Shown here piece by piece: positions 1-7,603 of a DNA stretch of 58,105 nucleotides. The notes beneath the pieces were generated by a model. That model searched no databases and was not told where the DNA came from. It saw nothing but the letters and a program-made list of their open reading frames with translations. A program made the translations under genes and the position numbers. Origin of the DNA: an uncultured Pseudomonadales bacterium (GTDB lineage: Bacteria > Patescibacteriota > Microgenomatia > UBA1400 > MFAQ01); contig CAZMCB010000003.1 of assembly GCA_964564895.1 (NCBI GenBank), positions 6,800-64,904 of the forward strand, given 5' to 3'. How positions within the stretch are numbered: the first letter of the stretch is position 1; every line of letters starts with the position of its first letter.

Positions 1-32
1 TGTGAATCTCCCGTGATAAAATTGTTTTGTTC

Positions 33-440
33 ATGAAACGCCGAATTCTTATTATCTCGTTAATTTTTATCTCCTTCTTATTTACGATTGCAGGATCTAC
101 CCATGCTCTTCCTGGTCCTTTTTGTACCCCAGAAGGAGGTGAAGCTGATAGTGGTATCCGCACCGCCCTTGGTTGTATCAAAGTTATCGGAGATAATGCC
201 GGAAACGATCTCGTCAAAACAATTCTTCAGATAGCCACCGGTCTTGGTGGTGGAATTGCTCTCGCCCTTATTCTTTATGGTGTCTTTATCGTCACCACCT
301 CAGCCGGCATGCCCGACAAACTGAAAGCGGGCGGTGAAATTATTACTTCAGCCGTCATTGGTCTCATCTTTATCCTTCTCTCTGTATTTTTGGTAAATTT
401 AATTGGTATTAATATTCTGGGTATACCCGGACTAACCTAA
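33..440 (+). CDS. TrbC/VirB2-type (T4SS) pilin-like protein 1
   Basis: Two long hydrophobic helices flanking SAGMPDKLKAG..ITSAVIGL, aligning with the other 8 array members; N-terminal signal ending STHA-LP. ATG at 33 preferred over TTG at 27 (TG-a-TAAAAT at 14-22). Confidence 0.75.
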   Translation: MKRRILIISLIFISFLFTIAGSTHALPGPFCTPEGGEADSGIRTALGCIKVIGDNAGNDLVKTILQIATGLGGGIALALILYGVFIVTTSAGMPDKLKAGGEIITSAVIGLIFILLSVFLVNLIGINILGIPGLT

Positions 441-444
441 TAAT

Positions 445-795
445 ATGCTTACTTCCTATGCATTAGCCGCCACCCTTGGACCAACTGTCAATATTTCCGC
501 CATTACCAGTACTGCAACCAATATTGGTAACAATATGAAAATTGGTGATCTTCTCAAAGGAAAAGATGGTGGTCTGGATATTATCAATTTAGTATTCATA
601 ATTGTCGGACTCATTTTCTTTGCTAACCTAATTATGGTTGGCTGGGAATACATGATGAGTTCCGGAGATCCCAAAAAGACTCAATCTGCTGGTATTCGTA
701 TCGTCAATGGCCTCATTGGTCTTATTCTTGCTTTTGTCGCCTTTATAGTTGTTAGGTTAATCACTAATATTCTTGGACTTGGTACTCTTGTATAG
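445..795 (+). CDS. TrbC/VirB2-type pilin-like protein 2
   Basis: YMMSSGDPKKTQSA..IVNGLIGL motif between two TM helices; leader MLTSYALA-A. Confidence 0.8.
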   Translation: MLTSYALAATLGPTVNISAITSTATNIGNNMKIGDLLKGKDGGLDIINLVFIIVGLIFFANLIMVGWEYMMSSGDPKKTQSAGIRIVNGLIGLILAFVAFIVVRLITNILGLGTLV

Positions 796-818
796 CCTCA
801 TCTTGGTATAATCAAACC

Positions 819-1529
819 ATGCAATCTCCTATAAAACATGTTGCAATCATTATGGACGGTAATCGTCGTTGGGCCAAGGCCAAAGGTTTCGACTCAGTTA
901 AAGGTCACGAACAAGCCGCCAAAAACGCCGTTGAGCCTCTTATCGAAAAGTGTGTCGAGCTAGGTATTCCCTACGTCACTTTCTGGGCATTTTCTACTGA
1001 AAACTGGAAAAGAGACGAAGATGAACTCAAAGGATTGTTTGATGTTTTTCGTTTTGCTCTTGGTCAGCTAGCTCTTCGTTTCATTCAAAGAGGTGCTCGT
1101 CTAAGAATACTAGGCGATGTCAGTCGTTTTCCCAAAGATATTGCCCAAAAATCTCTCGAGATGATCAGTAAATCCGCCAACAACCACAAAATTACTGTTA
1201 CTTTTGCTCTAAACTATGGTGGACGAGACGAAATCCTAAGAGCGGTGAAAAAAATGATTTCAGACAATGTGTCTCCAGAAAAAATTGATGATGAACTTTT
1301 TTCGTCTTACCTAGACACTTCCGGCATTCCTGACCCAGACTTAGTTATTCGCACTGGCGGAGAAAAGCGTCTTTCCGGTTTTTTGCCTTGGCAATCTGTC
1401 TACTCCGAGTTTTATTTCACTCCTGTCCTCTTTCCTGACTTCTCTCCCAACGAGCTCGTCTTGGCTATTGATGATTTTCTCATAAGAGACCGACGCTTCG
1501 GAGGCGACACTTCCAAACAGTCTAAATAA
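819..1529 (+). CDS. uppS: Undecaprenyl diphosphate synthase (cis-prenyltransferase)
   Basis: HVAIIMDGNRRWA, FSTENWKR, ALNYGGRDEI, PDPDLVIRTGGEKRLSGFLPWQ, RRFGG motifs. Confidence 0.97.
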   Translation: MQSPIKHVAIIMDGNRRWAKAKGFDSVKGHEQAAKNAVEPLIEKCVELGIPYVTFWAFSTENWKRDEDELKGLFDVFRFALGQLALRFIQRGARLRILGDVSRFPKDIAQKSLEMISKSANNHKITVTFALNYGGRDEILRAVKKMISDNVSPEKIDDELFSSYLDTSGIPDPDLVIRTGGEKRLSGFLPWQSVYSEFYFTPVLFPDFSPNELVLAIDDFLIRDRRFGGDTSKQSK

Positions 1530-1721
1530 TATCTCCTCGATTACTTCAGGCTTAAACCCTTTATCTTCAAATCGAGAATATATTTCTTCATATGTGCCAC
1601 TTAAGGTTATCTCTCCTCCCGGAAATTTAAAATAAGCCGGCTCAACTCCAAACTCACCAACTTCCCTTCCAGTAAAGCTAGTATTTGTTTTCATTTCCCT
1701 CCAGTGTCGTGGTACTTCCAT
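1341..1721 (-). CDS. Hypothetical protein, convergently overlapping the uppS 3' end by 189 nt
   Basis: 126-aa ORF; TATTAT 7 nt upstream of ATG matches the window-wide promoter-start spacing; N-terminal half lies in otherwise empty DNA. Confidence 0.5.
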   Translation of the reverse strand: MEVPRHWREMKTNTSFTGREVGEFGVEPAYFKFPGGEITLSGTYEEIYSRFEDKGFKPEVIEEILFRLFGSVASEASVSYEKIINSQDELVGREVRKEDRSEIKLGVDRLPRQKTGKTLFSASANN

Positions 1722-1772
1722 GTTATTGATAATAATTCCAAATTTCTTTCAAGCACTCTCAACATTCACCTT

Positions 1773-1810
1773 CGTCATTGCGAGGAGAGTACTCACGACG
1801 TGGCAATCTC
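1773..1810 (+). repeat. REP-like palindromic unit (GTCATTGCGAG...GCAATC class)
   Basis: CGTCATTGCGAGGAGAGTACTCACGACGTGGCAATCTC: ATTGC/GCAAT arms, inner palindrome GAGTACTC; intergenic between divergent genes. Confidence 0.55.
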
Positions 1811-1861
1811 ATACCAATCAAAATACAATATATTCAAGATTTTGCTGTAAAATGATACTTA

Positions 1862-2185
1862 ATGTTAGTAAAACAAGTACTTGCCGCCATAGATTTAACA
1901 TCAGAAGATGTTTATGCTCCTGCACATGCTCTCGGTGGAAATAACGCGACCCTTTCCACACTTATAAATCCCATTATTGCAAACGTATTAATTGTCTCCG
2001 GCATTATTGCTTTAGGTGCAATTCTTGTTTCTGGATTCTCATTTGTAGCCGCCAATGGAGACAAGGCCAAAACAGCTCAAGCATCACAAGCCCTAACTTA
2101 TGGCATAATTGGCTTAGTCGTGGTTGTCGCCGCCTTTATAATTACCAGAATTATGGGTGAAATCCTCGGTTTTAAATTCTTTTAA
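1862..2185 (+). CDS. TrbC/VirB2-type pilin-like protein 3
   Basis: FVAANGDKAKTAQASQALTYGIIGL; two TM helices. Confidence 0.82.
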   Translation: MLVKQVLAAIDLTSEDVYAPAHALGGNNATLSTLINPIIANVLIVSGIIALGAILVSGFSFVAANGDKAKTAQASQALTYGIIGLVVVVAAFIITRIMGEILGFKFF

Positions 2186-2187
2186 TC

Positions 2188-2571
2188 ATGAACACACTTC
2201 TAAACTTTTTATCCAAGCCAGTCTACGCCGAAGATATTATTGGCACCATTGAACTTCCCGAAGGAGTTCCTTCAGATATTGGTCAAACAGGTGGTTTAAT
2301 TACTTCCATTGTTCGTTTCTTCATTATTATTGGAGGTCTTTTTACTCTCTGGGCATTCCTAAGTGGTGGATTTAAATACATCACCTCAAACGGAGACAAA
2401 GCCAAGGTTCAAGAAGCAAGCAATATGATCACCATGAGTATAGTTGGGCTTGTCATCATGGCAGCCAGTTTTGTCATTATTGCCATTGTCAGTCAGTTGT
2501 TGTTTGGCAGTTTCACGGCCATTCTCGCCCCCGAATTCTCTACAGTAGTAGCACCTGTCACCACACCATGA
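2188..2571 (+). CDS. TrbC/VirB2-type pilin-like protein 4
   Basis: YITSNGDKAKVQEASNMITMSIVGL; leader ..SKPVYA-ED. Confidence 0.82.
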   Translation: MNTLLNFLSKPVYAEDIIGTIELPEGVPSDIGQTGGLITSIVRFFIIIGGLFTLWAFLSGGFKYITSNGDKAKVQEASNMITMSIVGLVIMAASFVIIAIVSQLLFGSFTAILAPEFSTVVAPVTTP

Positions 2572-2590
2572 TTATAATAACTTCAAATAT

Positions 2591-3004
2591 ATGGATCCAA
2601 AAGTAACTATTGGCAGTATTGTGGGAATAGGTGATATTGGTCTTGAAGACAAAGTCATTACCAACGAAACAGTAAAGGCTCAATTTTCAGGCACCATTTC
2701 CATGATAATTACATCTCTCACTGTTGTTGGTGGTCTAGCTTTCGTTATTTTCTTCACCCTTGGTGGCCTCAAATGGCTCACTGCCGGAGGAGACAAAGCC
2801 AAAGTCCAAGAAGCCCAGCAACAAATGACCCAAGGAGTCATTGGTTTAGTTGCCATGGTTGCCGGCCTTTTTGTTGTCGGCATTGTTGGTGGAGTACTTG
2901 GAATCGACATTCTCAATCCGTTCAGTACTCTTATGAAGTCAGTGAGTAGTGGTCTTTCGGGCGGAGGAGGAGGAGTTGATGTCAACATACCCATGACCCA
3001 ATAA
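2591..3004 (+). CDS. TrbC/VirB2-type pilin-like protein 5
   Basis: WLTAGGDKAKVQEAQQQMTQGVIGL; no AxA leader; Gly-rich tail. Confidence 0.82.
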   Translation: MDPKVTIGSIVGIGDIGLEDKVITNETVKAQFSGTISMIITSLTVVGGLAFVIFFTLGGLKWLTAGGDKAKVQEAQQQMTQGVIGLVAMVAGLFVVGIVGGVLGIDILNPFSTLMKSVSSGLSGGGGGVDVNIPMTQ

Positions 3005-3009
3005 AAAAT

Positions 3010-3333
3010 ATGAACGAAATAGTAAACAATTCTCTTCCAACTAACATTCAGGCAATGTCACCTGCATCAGGGTTGGCGTTTTATATTTCTATTCTTTGGC
3101 GCTCTGTGGTTACCTTAGGAGGAGTTGCCTTTATTATTTTCCTGATCTGGGGAGGCATCGAATGGCTTACTGCTGGAGGAGACAAAGGAAGAGTTGAAAC
3201 AGCACAAAAAATGATTAGTAACGCCGTCATTGGTCTTGCTGTTCTAGTCGGTTCATATGCTATCGCCTTTTTCATTGAAAGTGCTTTTAAAATTAACATT
3301 CTTGCCCCGATATTTCCTAACAATATTCAATAA
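3010..3333 (+). CDS. TrbC/VirB2-type pilin-like protein 6
   Basis: WLTAGGDKGRVETAQKMISNAVIGL; stop overlaps next ATG (TAATG). Confidence 0.82.
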   Translation: MNEIVNNSLPTNIQAMSPASGLAFYISILWRSVVTLGGVAFIIFLIWGGIEWLTAGGDKGRVETAQKMISNAVIGLAVLVGSYAIAFFIESAFKINILAPIFPNNIQ

Positions 3334-3686
3334 TGAACATAATTTCCCCAGCATACGCAGCAGATCAAATTGTCTATATCGGTAGAGAAGTTACCAAGGG
3401 TGGTTTTTTTGCTTATACTTGTATTGGAAATCTCATTAGCAATATCATTGGAGTCGCTTTTATTGTTGCAGCAGTCGTCACTTTTGTTCTTTTGGTTATC
3501 GGTGGTATTAACTGGATTACTTCCGGTGGAGATAAAGCCAAAATAGATACGGCCCAAAAAATGATTACTAATGCCATTATTGGTCTAGCTATTGTTGCCG
3601 CAAGTTACGCTATTTATACTCTCGTTCTCGACTTCTTTGGAATTGATCTCAGTCAACTTTGTTCTGACAACCCTGTCGGCAGTTGA
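3333..3686 (+). CDS. TrbC/VirB2-type pilin-like protein 7
   Basis: WITSGGDKAKIDTAQKMITNAIIGL; leader MNIISPAYA-AD; Cys pair (YTCIG / QLCSD). Confidence 0.82.
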   Translation: MNIISPAYAADQIVYIGREVTKGGFFAYTCIGNLISNIIGVAFIVAAVVTFVLLVIGGINWITSGGDKAKIDTAQKMITNAIIGLAIVAASYAIYTLVLDFFGIDLSQLCSDNPVGS

Positions 3687-3708
3687 CAAGCTACCAAAAC
3701 ACTATAAT
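3683..3708 (+). promoter_or_regulatory. Candidate sigma70 promoter for pilin 8
   Basis: TTGACA (3683-3688, overlapping the previous stop) and TATAAT (3703-3708); the 14-nt spacer is short, so the -35/-10 pairing is uncertain. Confidence 0.45.
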
Positions 3709-3747
3709 AATAAATACAGTCTCTATTAATTAATAATAAGAAAAAAT

Positions 3748-4083
3748 ATGTCACTAATTCCTCAAGCCTACGCAGCATCTCTCGATATCATGAAACCTTC
3801 TAATATGCAGATCACCGATATTGGTAAACTCATTTCCAGCGCCATCTCAGTCGCTTTTATCGTTGCCGGAATTTTAACTTTCGTCTTCCTTGTAATTGGA
3901 GGTATCGAATGGCTCACCTCTGGAGGAGACAAATCCAAAACTGAACAAGCCAGAAACCGCATTACCGCAGCCCTTGTTGGTTTAGCAATTATTGCCGCTT
4001 CATGGGCACTCATGCAACTTATCTCCACCTTCTTCGGAATCAACGTTTTTGAGGGAAACATACAACTTCCCACAGCTTATTAA
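3748..4083 (+). CDS. TrbC/VirB2-type pilin-like protein 8 (candidate major pilin)
   Basis: WLTSGGDKSKTEQARNRITAALVGL; leader MSLIPQAYA-AS; flanked by its own promoter and terminator. Confidence 0.85.
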   Translation: MSLIPQAYAASLDIMKPSNMQITDIGKLISSAISVAFIVAGILTFVFLVIGGIEWLTSGGDKSKTEQARNRITAALVGLAIIAASWALMQLISTFFGINVFEGNIQLPTAY

Positions 4084-4102
4084 TTGTATCTAGAATTAAT
4101 AG

Positions 4103-4127
4103 AAAACCCCGGGCAACCGGGGTTTTT
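4103..4127 (+). terminator. Intrinsic terminator
   Basis: AAAACCCCGG-GCAA-CCGGGGTTTTT: perfect stem, GNRA loop, U-tract. Confidence 0.9.
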
Positions 4128-4146
4128 GTTAGGATATAATCAAACT

Positions 4147-4503
4147 ATGATCTTATCTTTAATCCCTCAAGCATATGCTGCCTCAACCTGGTCAGAAGAG
4201 TGTGTCAGTCCAGAAGGTGTCGCCACCATAAAAGGTATCGAGTGTTTATTTAAAAACCTCATTAGTCCTGTTCCAGCTCTTCTTGCTCTCGTCGCTGTCG
4301 GCATGATTGTTTTTGCTGGAATTCGTCTTCTCGCTGCAGGTGCAGACCCCAAGGCCATTAAATCTGCTTGGAACACTTTCACCTGGGCCGTCATAGGTCT
4401 CATTCTACTCGCCGCAGCTTGGATTATTATTGTTTTTATTGGCAAGTTCACCGGCGCTGATGTCTCTACCTTCAACATATCACTCCCCACACCAACACCG
4501 TAG
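4147..4503 (+). CDS. TrbC/VirB2-type pilin-like protein 9
   Basis: LLAAGADPKAIKSAWNTFTWAVIGL; ATG 4147 (MILSLIPQAYA-AS) preferred to ORF-track 4084, which runs through the terminator; TATAAT 6 nt upstream. Confidence 0.82.
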   Translation: MILSLIPQAYAASTWSEECVSPEGVATIKGIECLFKNLISPVPALLALVAVGMIVFAGIRLLAAGADPKAIKSAWNTFTWAVIGLILLAAAWIIIVFIGKFTGADVSTFNISLPTPTP

Positions 4504-4522
4504 CCGTTTATAATTGTTTCTA

Positions 4523-7051
4523 GTGAAGAAATTTCTAATCGCCATCATCTTTTTATTGACTGCAGGAATAGTTTTTTCGTCACACGTTTTTTCTGCTCCT
4601 CCTATTTCTGTACCCCAAGGTGCTCCAACGATTGAACCTACTCCCACCATCGAACTTTTACCAATAAACGACAGGGTGTGTGACCCTATTGGCATTAGCA
4701 CCGTTTATCCTCCCAATAGTGTTTGTCATGATGTGGTTGATAAAGTTGAAACGCTTGGGGTGAATCTTGTAGACTCTAATGAGGCTCTTCTATCCTATCC
4801 CCTCACCTGTATCTCCGCTCCTTCAATTACCTACTCGGAAACTATTGCTGGTGGAATTTTTGCCGAAATTCTTGATCGAACACCTCTTAATTCTCCTCTT
4901 TTAGCACCTTTACTACTACGTGCTGTCGACGTAAAAACTGATATTACAAATGCCCAACTTGGTTTCTTGGGCCCTGATAGTACCACCCTAGCCACGACTA
5001 GTCCTGATAAAATCGCTCAAAAATATCTTTTTAATGCCCTTTTTGACCGCCCAGGAGCCGATCCGGAAGCCGCCAAAGAGTCTTTTCGTACTTACTGGCG
5101 TATGCTCGATAGCCTTTCACAGGCTCAGCTCAAAGCCTATTTTATTGAAAAGACAGCTCTCCACACTTATTACTATGTTGGCCAAGACAAAAAACAACAC
5201 GAGGTCAGTATGCTCAAATTAAAAGCTGACTTGTTTCCATATCCCTGTCTCAGAACATTTGGTGTTGAAGTTGACAATTTTATTGTTAACTGTTGGAAAA
5301 ACGGTCAGTATTTGGATCAGTACGAAAAGTTGGGAAAAAACAACCCCCAAGCTCAGGAAGAATATGACCAGCTTCTCCCTTTCGATTTCAACAACGCTCG
5401 TGGTTATACATCGAGTGGACTAAATGTGTCTGAAGAGAACATTCCCTATCTCAGAGCCATTCTGACTGGACTAAAAGGTTTTCGTGGTGATATTACCCTA
5501 CCAGTTATCACTCCTTTTGGTCTAGTAAATGTTCCCAAAACTGATATCCCTGGTTTATTTGACTTCTACACTCCTGGATGGGCCACTGACTATCTCGCTC
5601 AGTATCCAACCACTCTTACCGGACAAAATGGCCTAGGTATTCTCACTGATTTAAATAACTTAAATGAATTCCTTCAGTATCCTCTACTTCTACTCGTTGC
5701 GGCCAATCCTCAACTAAACGGTAACTGTACTGCCCCCTCAACAAATTCATCACAGTCAACCCCCAGAACCTATCCCAACGATCCTATTACTAATCAAATT
5801 ATTACCTTTTCAACAGTTCCCACCTTAATAAGTAGAACAGAAAATGAGTGTTATTGTAATTACGGCGACTCAATTTGCTATCAATATGGCAGTTGTGGAA
5901 GTTATGCTGAAAATGAATCAACTTGCCTCGAAAATAATGGCTACAACTGTCTCTTCAAAAAAGGCGAGTCCACTTACGAGCTTACTGGAGCGGCAAAAGG
6001 CAAACCCATAACTGTTTTTAACAATCCTTACATTAATTCTCTAACCGATCTTGTTATGGGTGGAAAACCAGCACTTCCCAAAACTTCATCATACCCGCTA
6101 ACTGAGGCTGCCCGGCAAATACTTAATTGGATATCAGACAAAATCTTTAACCCTGTTCAGCCATCTTTCTACAAAATGCTCCTTCCAGATTTTGCCTCAG
6201 AATCGGCATCTCCCAAAAAGCTCATAGGGGCTCCAGCCGTCGACACCACCGCCACCCCAATTGTTACCGATGCCACTGTAACGGTTGATGGGGCAAATGC
6301 TATCAATCGAGAAAACAATCTTGCCCAAGATGCCATGCATCTTCTCCAAAACTGTTGGCTCGTGCCCTCTGACCAACAATCCTCATCCAAATGTGGTCGT
6401 GTCATTCAACCCGCTGGCGAGTGTGCTCTATCCGAAGAACCACTTACCGAATTATGTAACAAATCATCTTTTACTAATTATGCGGCTGGTCAGGGTGTTC
6501 CTCTTAGTTCATTTATTCCCCTTGTTCCCCCAGAACTCTCTGCTGTCTATGCAGAAGCCGAAAAAGTAACCGGCACTTCCTGTGTAATTCTCGCTGCTAT
6601 TCACTATCGTGAAGGAAGCAATGGTCTCTGTACTTCACTAATAAGTGGTAGAAAAATTGGTGAACCAGAGCCAGACAATGGAGGCGCCGTCTACTCAACT
6701 CTTCTAGAAACTGCCATCGCCGCCGGAAATGAGTTTCAGGGGAAACTTAATTTTGCGAGAGGAGCTCTCGGGGCTGGCGCCAGCGACTATCAACTCCTTA
6801 CCACCGCCTTATCGTTCTATAACGGTGGTGGTAACTCCAACTGTCTCAGTGATCCACCATCCTCTGATTATGGTCAGTGTCCACCTCTTTTTAGAGGAGA
6901 AGACGATCCATATCCATTAAACTTTATTGACCCCAAACATTCCAATATGTATCTTCGCTGTCTTAGAGATCACGATTGTTCTTCCTCGGTTCCCGATCCA
7001 CGCCCGGGAGTTTATACTGCCGCTTTAAATTATTACAATTCACTTCCATAA
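4523..7051 (+). CDS. Large secreted Cys-containing protein with C-terminal lysozyme/lytic-transglycosylase-like domain
   Basis: Signal peptide (VFS/VFA); C-terminal AVYAEAEKVTGTSCVILAAIHYREGSNG...FYNGGG resembles the lysozyme-like fold with catalytic Glu. GTG 4523 is 8 nt after TATAAT. Confidence 0.55.
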   Translation: MKKFLIAIIFLLTAGIVFSSHVFSAPPISVPQGAPTIEPTPTIELLPINDRVCDPIGISTVYPPNSVCHDVVDKVETLGVNLVDSNEALLSYPLTCISAPSITYSETIAGGIFAEILDRTPLNSPLLAPLLLRAVDVKTDITNAQLGFLGPDSTTLATTSPDKIAQKYLFNALFDRPGADPEAAKESFRTYWRMLDSLSQAQLKAYFIEKTALHTYYYVGQDKKQHEVSMLKLKADLFPYPCLRTFGVEVDNFIVNCWKNGQYLDQYEKLGKNNPQAQEEYDQLLPFDFNNARGYTSSGLNVSEENIPYLRAILTGLKGFRGDITLPVITPFGLVNVPKTDIPGLFDFYTPGWATDYLAQYPTTLTGQNGLGILTDLNNLNEFLQYPLLLLVAANPQLNGNCTAPSTNSSQSTPRTYPNDPITNQIITFSTVPTLISRTENECYCNYGDSICYQYGSCGSYAENESTCLENNGYNCLFKKGESTYELTGAAKGKPITVFNNPYINSLTDLVMGGKPALPKTSSYPLTEAARQILNWISDKIFNPVQPSFYKMLLPDFASESASPKKLIGAPAVDTTATPIVTDATVTVDGANAINRENNLAQDAMHLLQNCWLVPSDQQSSSKCGRVIQPAGECALSEEPLTELCNKSSFTNYAAGQGVPLSSFIPLVPPELSAVYAEAEKVTGTSCVILAAIHYREGSNGLCTSLISGRKIGEPEPDNGGAVYSTLLETAIAAGNEFQGKLNFARGALGAGASDYQLLTTALSFYNGGGNSNCLSDPPSSDYGQCPPLFRGEDDPYPLNFIDPKHSNMYLRCLRDHDCSSSVPDPRPGVYTAALNYYNSLP

Positions 7052-7052
7052 A

Positions 7053-7571
7053 ATGTTAAGAAAAATAAAACTTTTCCTACTCATCGGTTCAGTGATTATT
7101 CTTATCGCTATTGTTACTCTTTTAATTTCTAAATCAATTTCTCCAAAAACAAACATAGAAACTACTCCAGTTCTTACCGAAATCACAACACCTGGAATTT
7201 CCCTTCTCACTCAATCAGACTCTACCAAGGCACTTGAAATAAAGAAAACTCTTCTTCCCAAACTACCTATTTACATATATAGTTTCCAGACCTCTGTTGG
7301 AATCACTACAGATATTGCAATTTCTTCTTATTTAAACGATACCGAAGAGACAGTTAGGATTGAAATCTTTGGTCTCAATTATGTCTACGATCAAAACGAT
7401 CCTCAAACTAATCCCAACATGATTGCCTTCAAAGAATCATTTGAAAAAGTGAAGGAAATTTTCGCAGAAAACAATGTCAATATTAACGAACTTCACATTT
7501 CCTTAGGAAACAAGAAGTATATTCGTGATATTGCCGAAACCTGGATAAAGACTCTTAATCTTCTGCCTTAA
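7053..7571 (+). CDS. Single-TM hypothetical protein
   Basis: Basic N-terminus, one hydrophobic helix, Thr-rich linker; translationally coupled to the upstream gene. Confidence 0.7.
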   Translation: MLRKIKLFLLIGSVIILIAIVTLLISKSISPKTNIETTPVLTEITTPGISLLTQSDSTKALEIKKTLLPKLPIYIYSFQTSVGITTDIAISSYLNDTEETVRIEIFGLNYVYDQNDPQTNPNMIAFKESFEKVKEIFAENNVNINELHISLGNKKYIRDIAETWIKTLNLLP

Positions 7572-7603
7572 ACTCCTTCACTCGTGTATAATAATTTTTG
7601 AAT

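Noticed and set aside
456-4490. Minus-strand ORFs mirroring the pilin genes (456-674, 2680-2994, 3081-3323, 3768-4073, 4167-4490)
   Set aside because: Antisense shadows of hydrophobic codons; they recur only because the sense genes are paralogous, and no start signals were seen.
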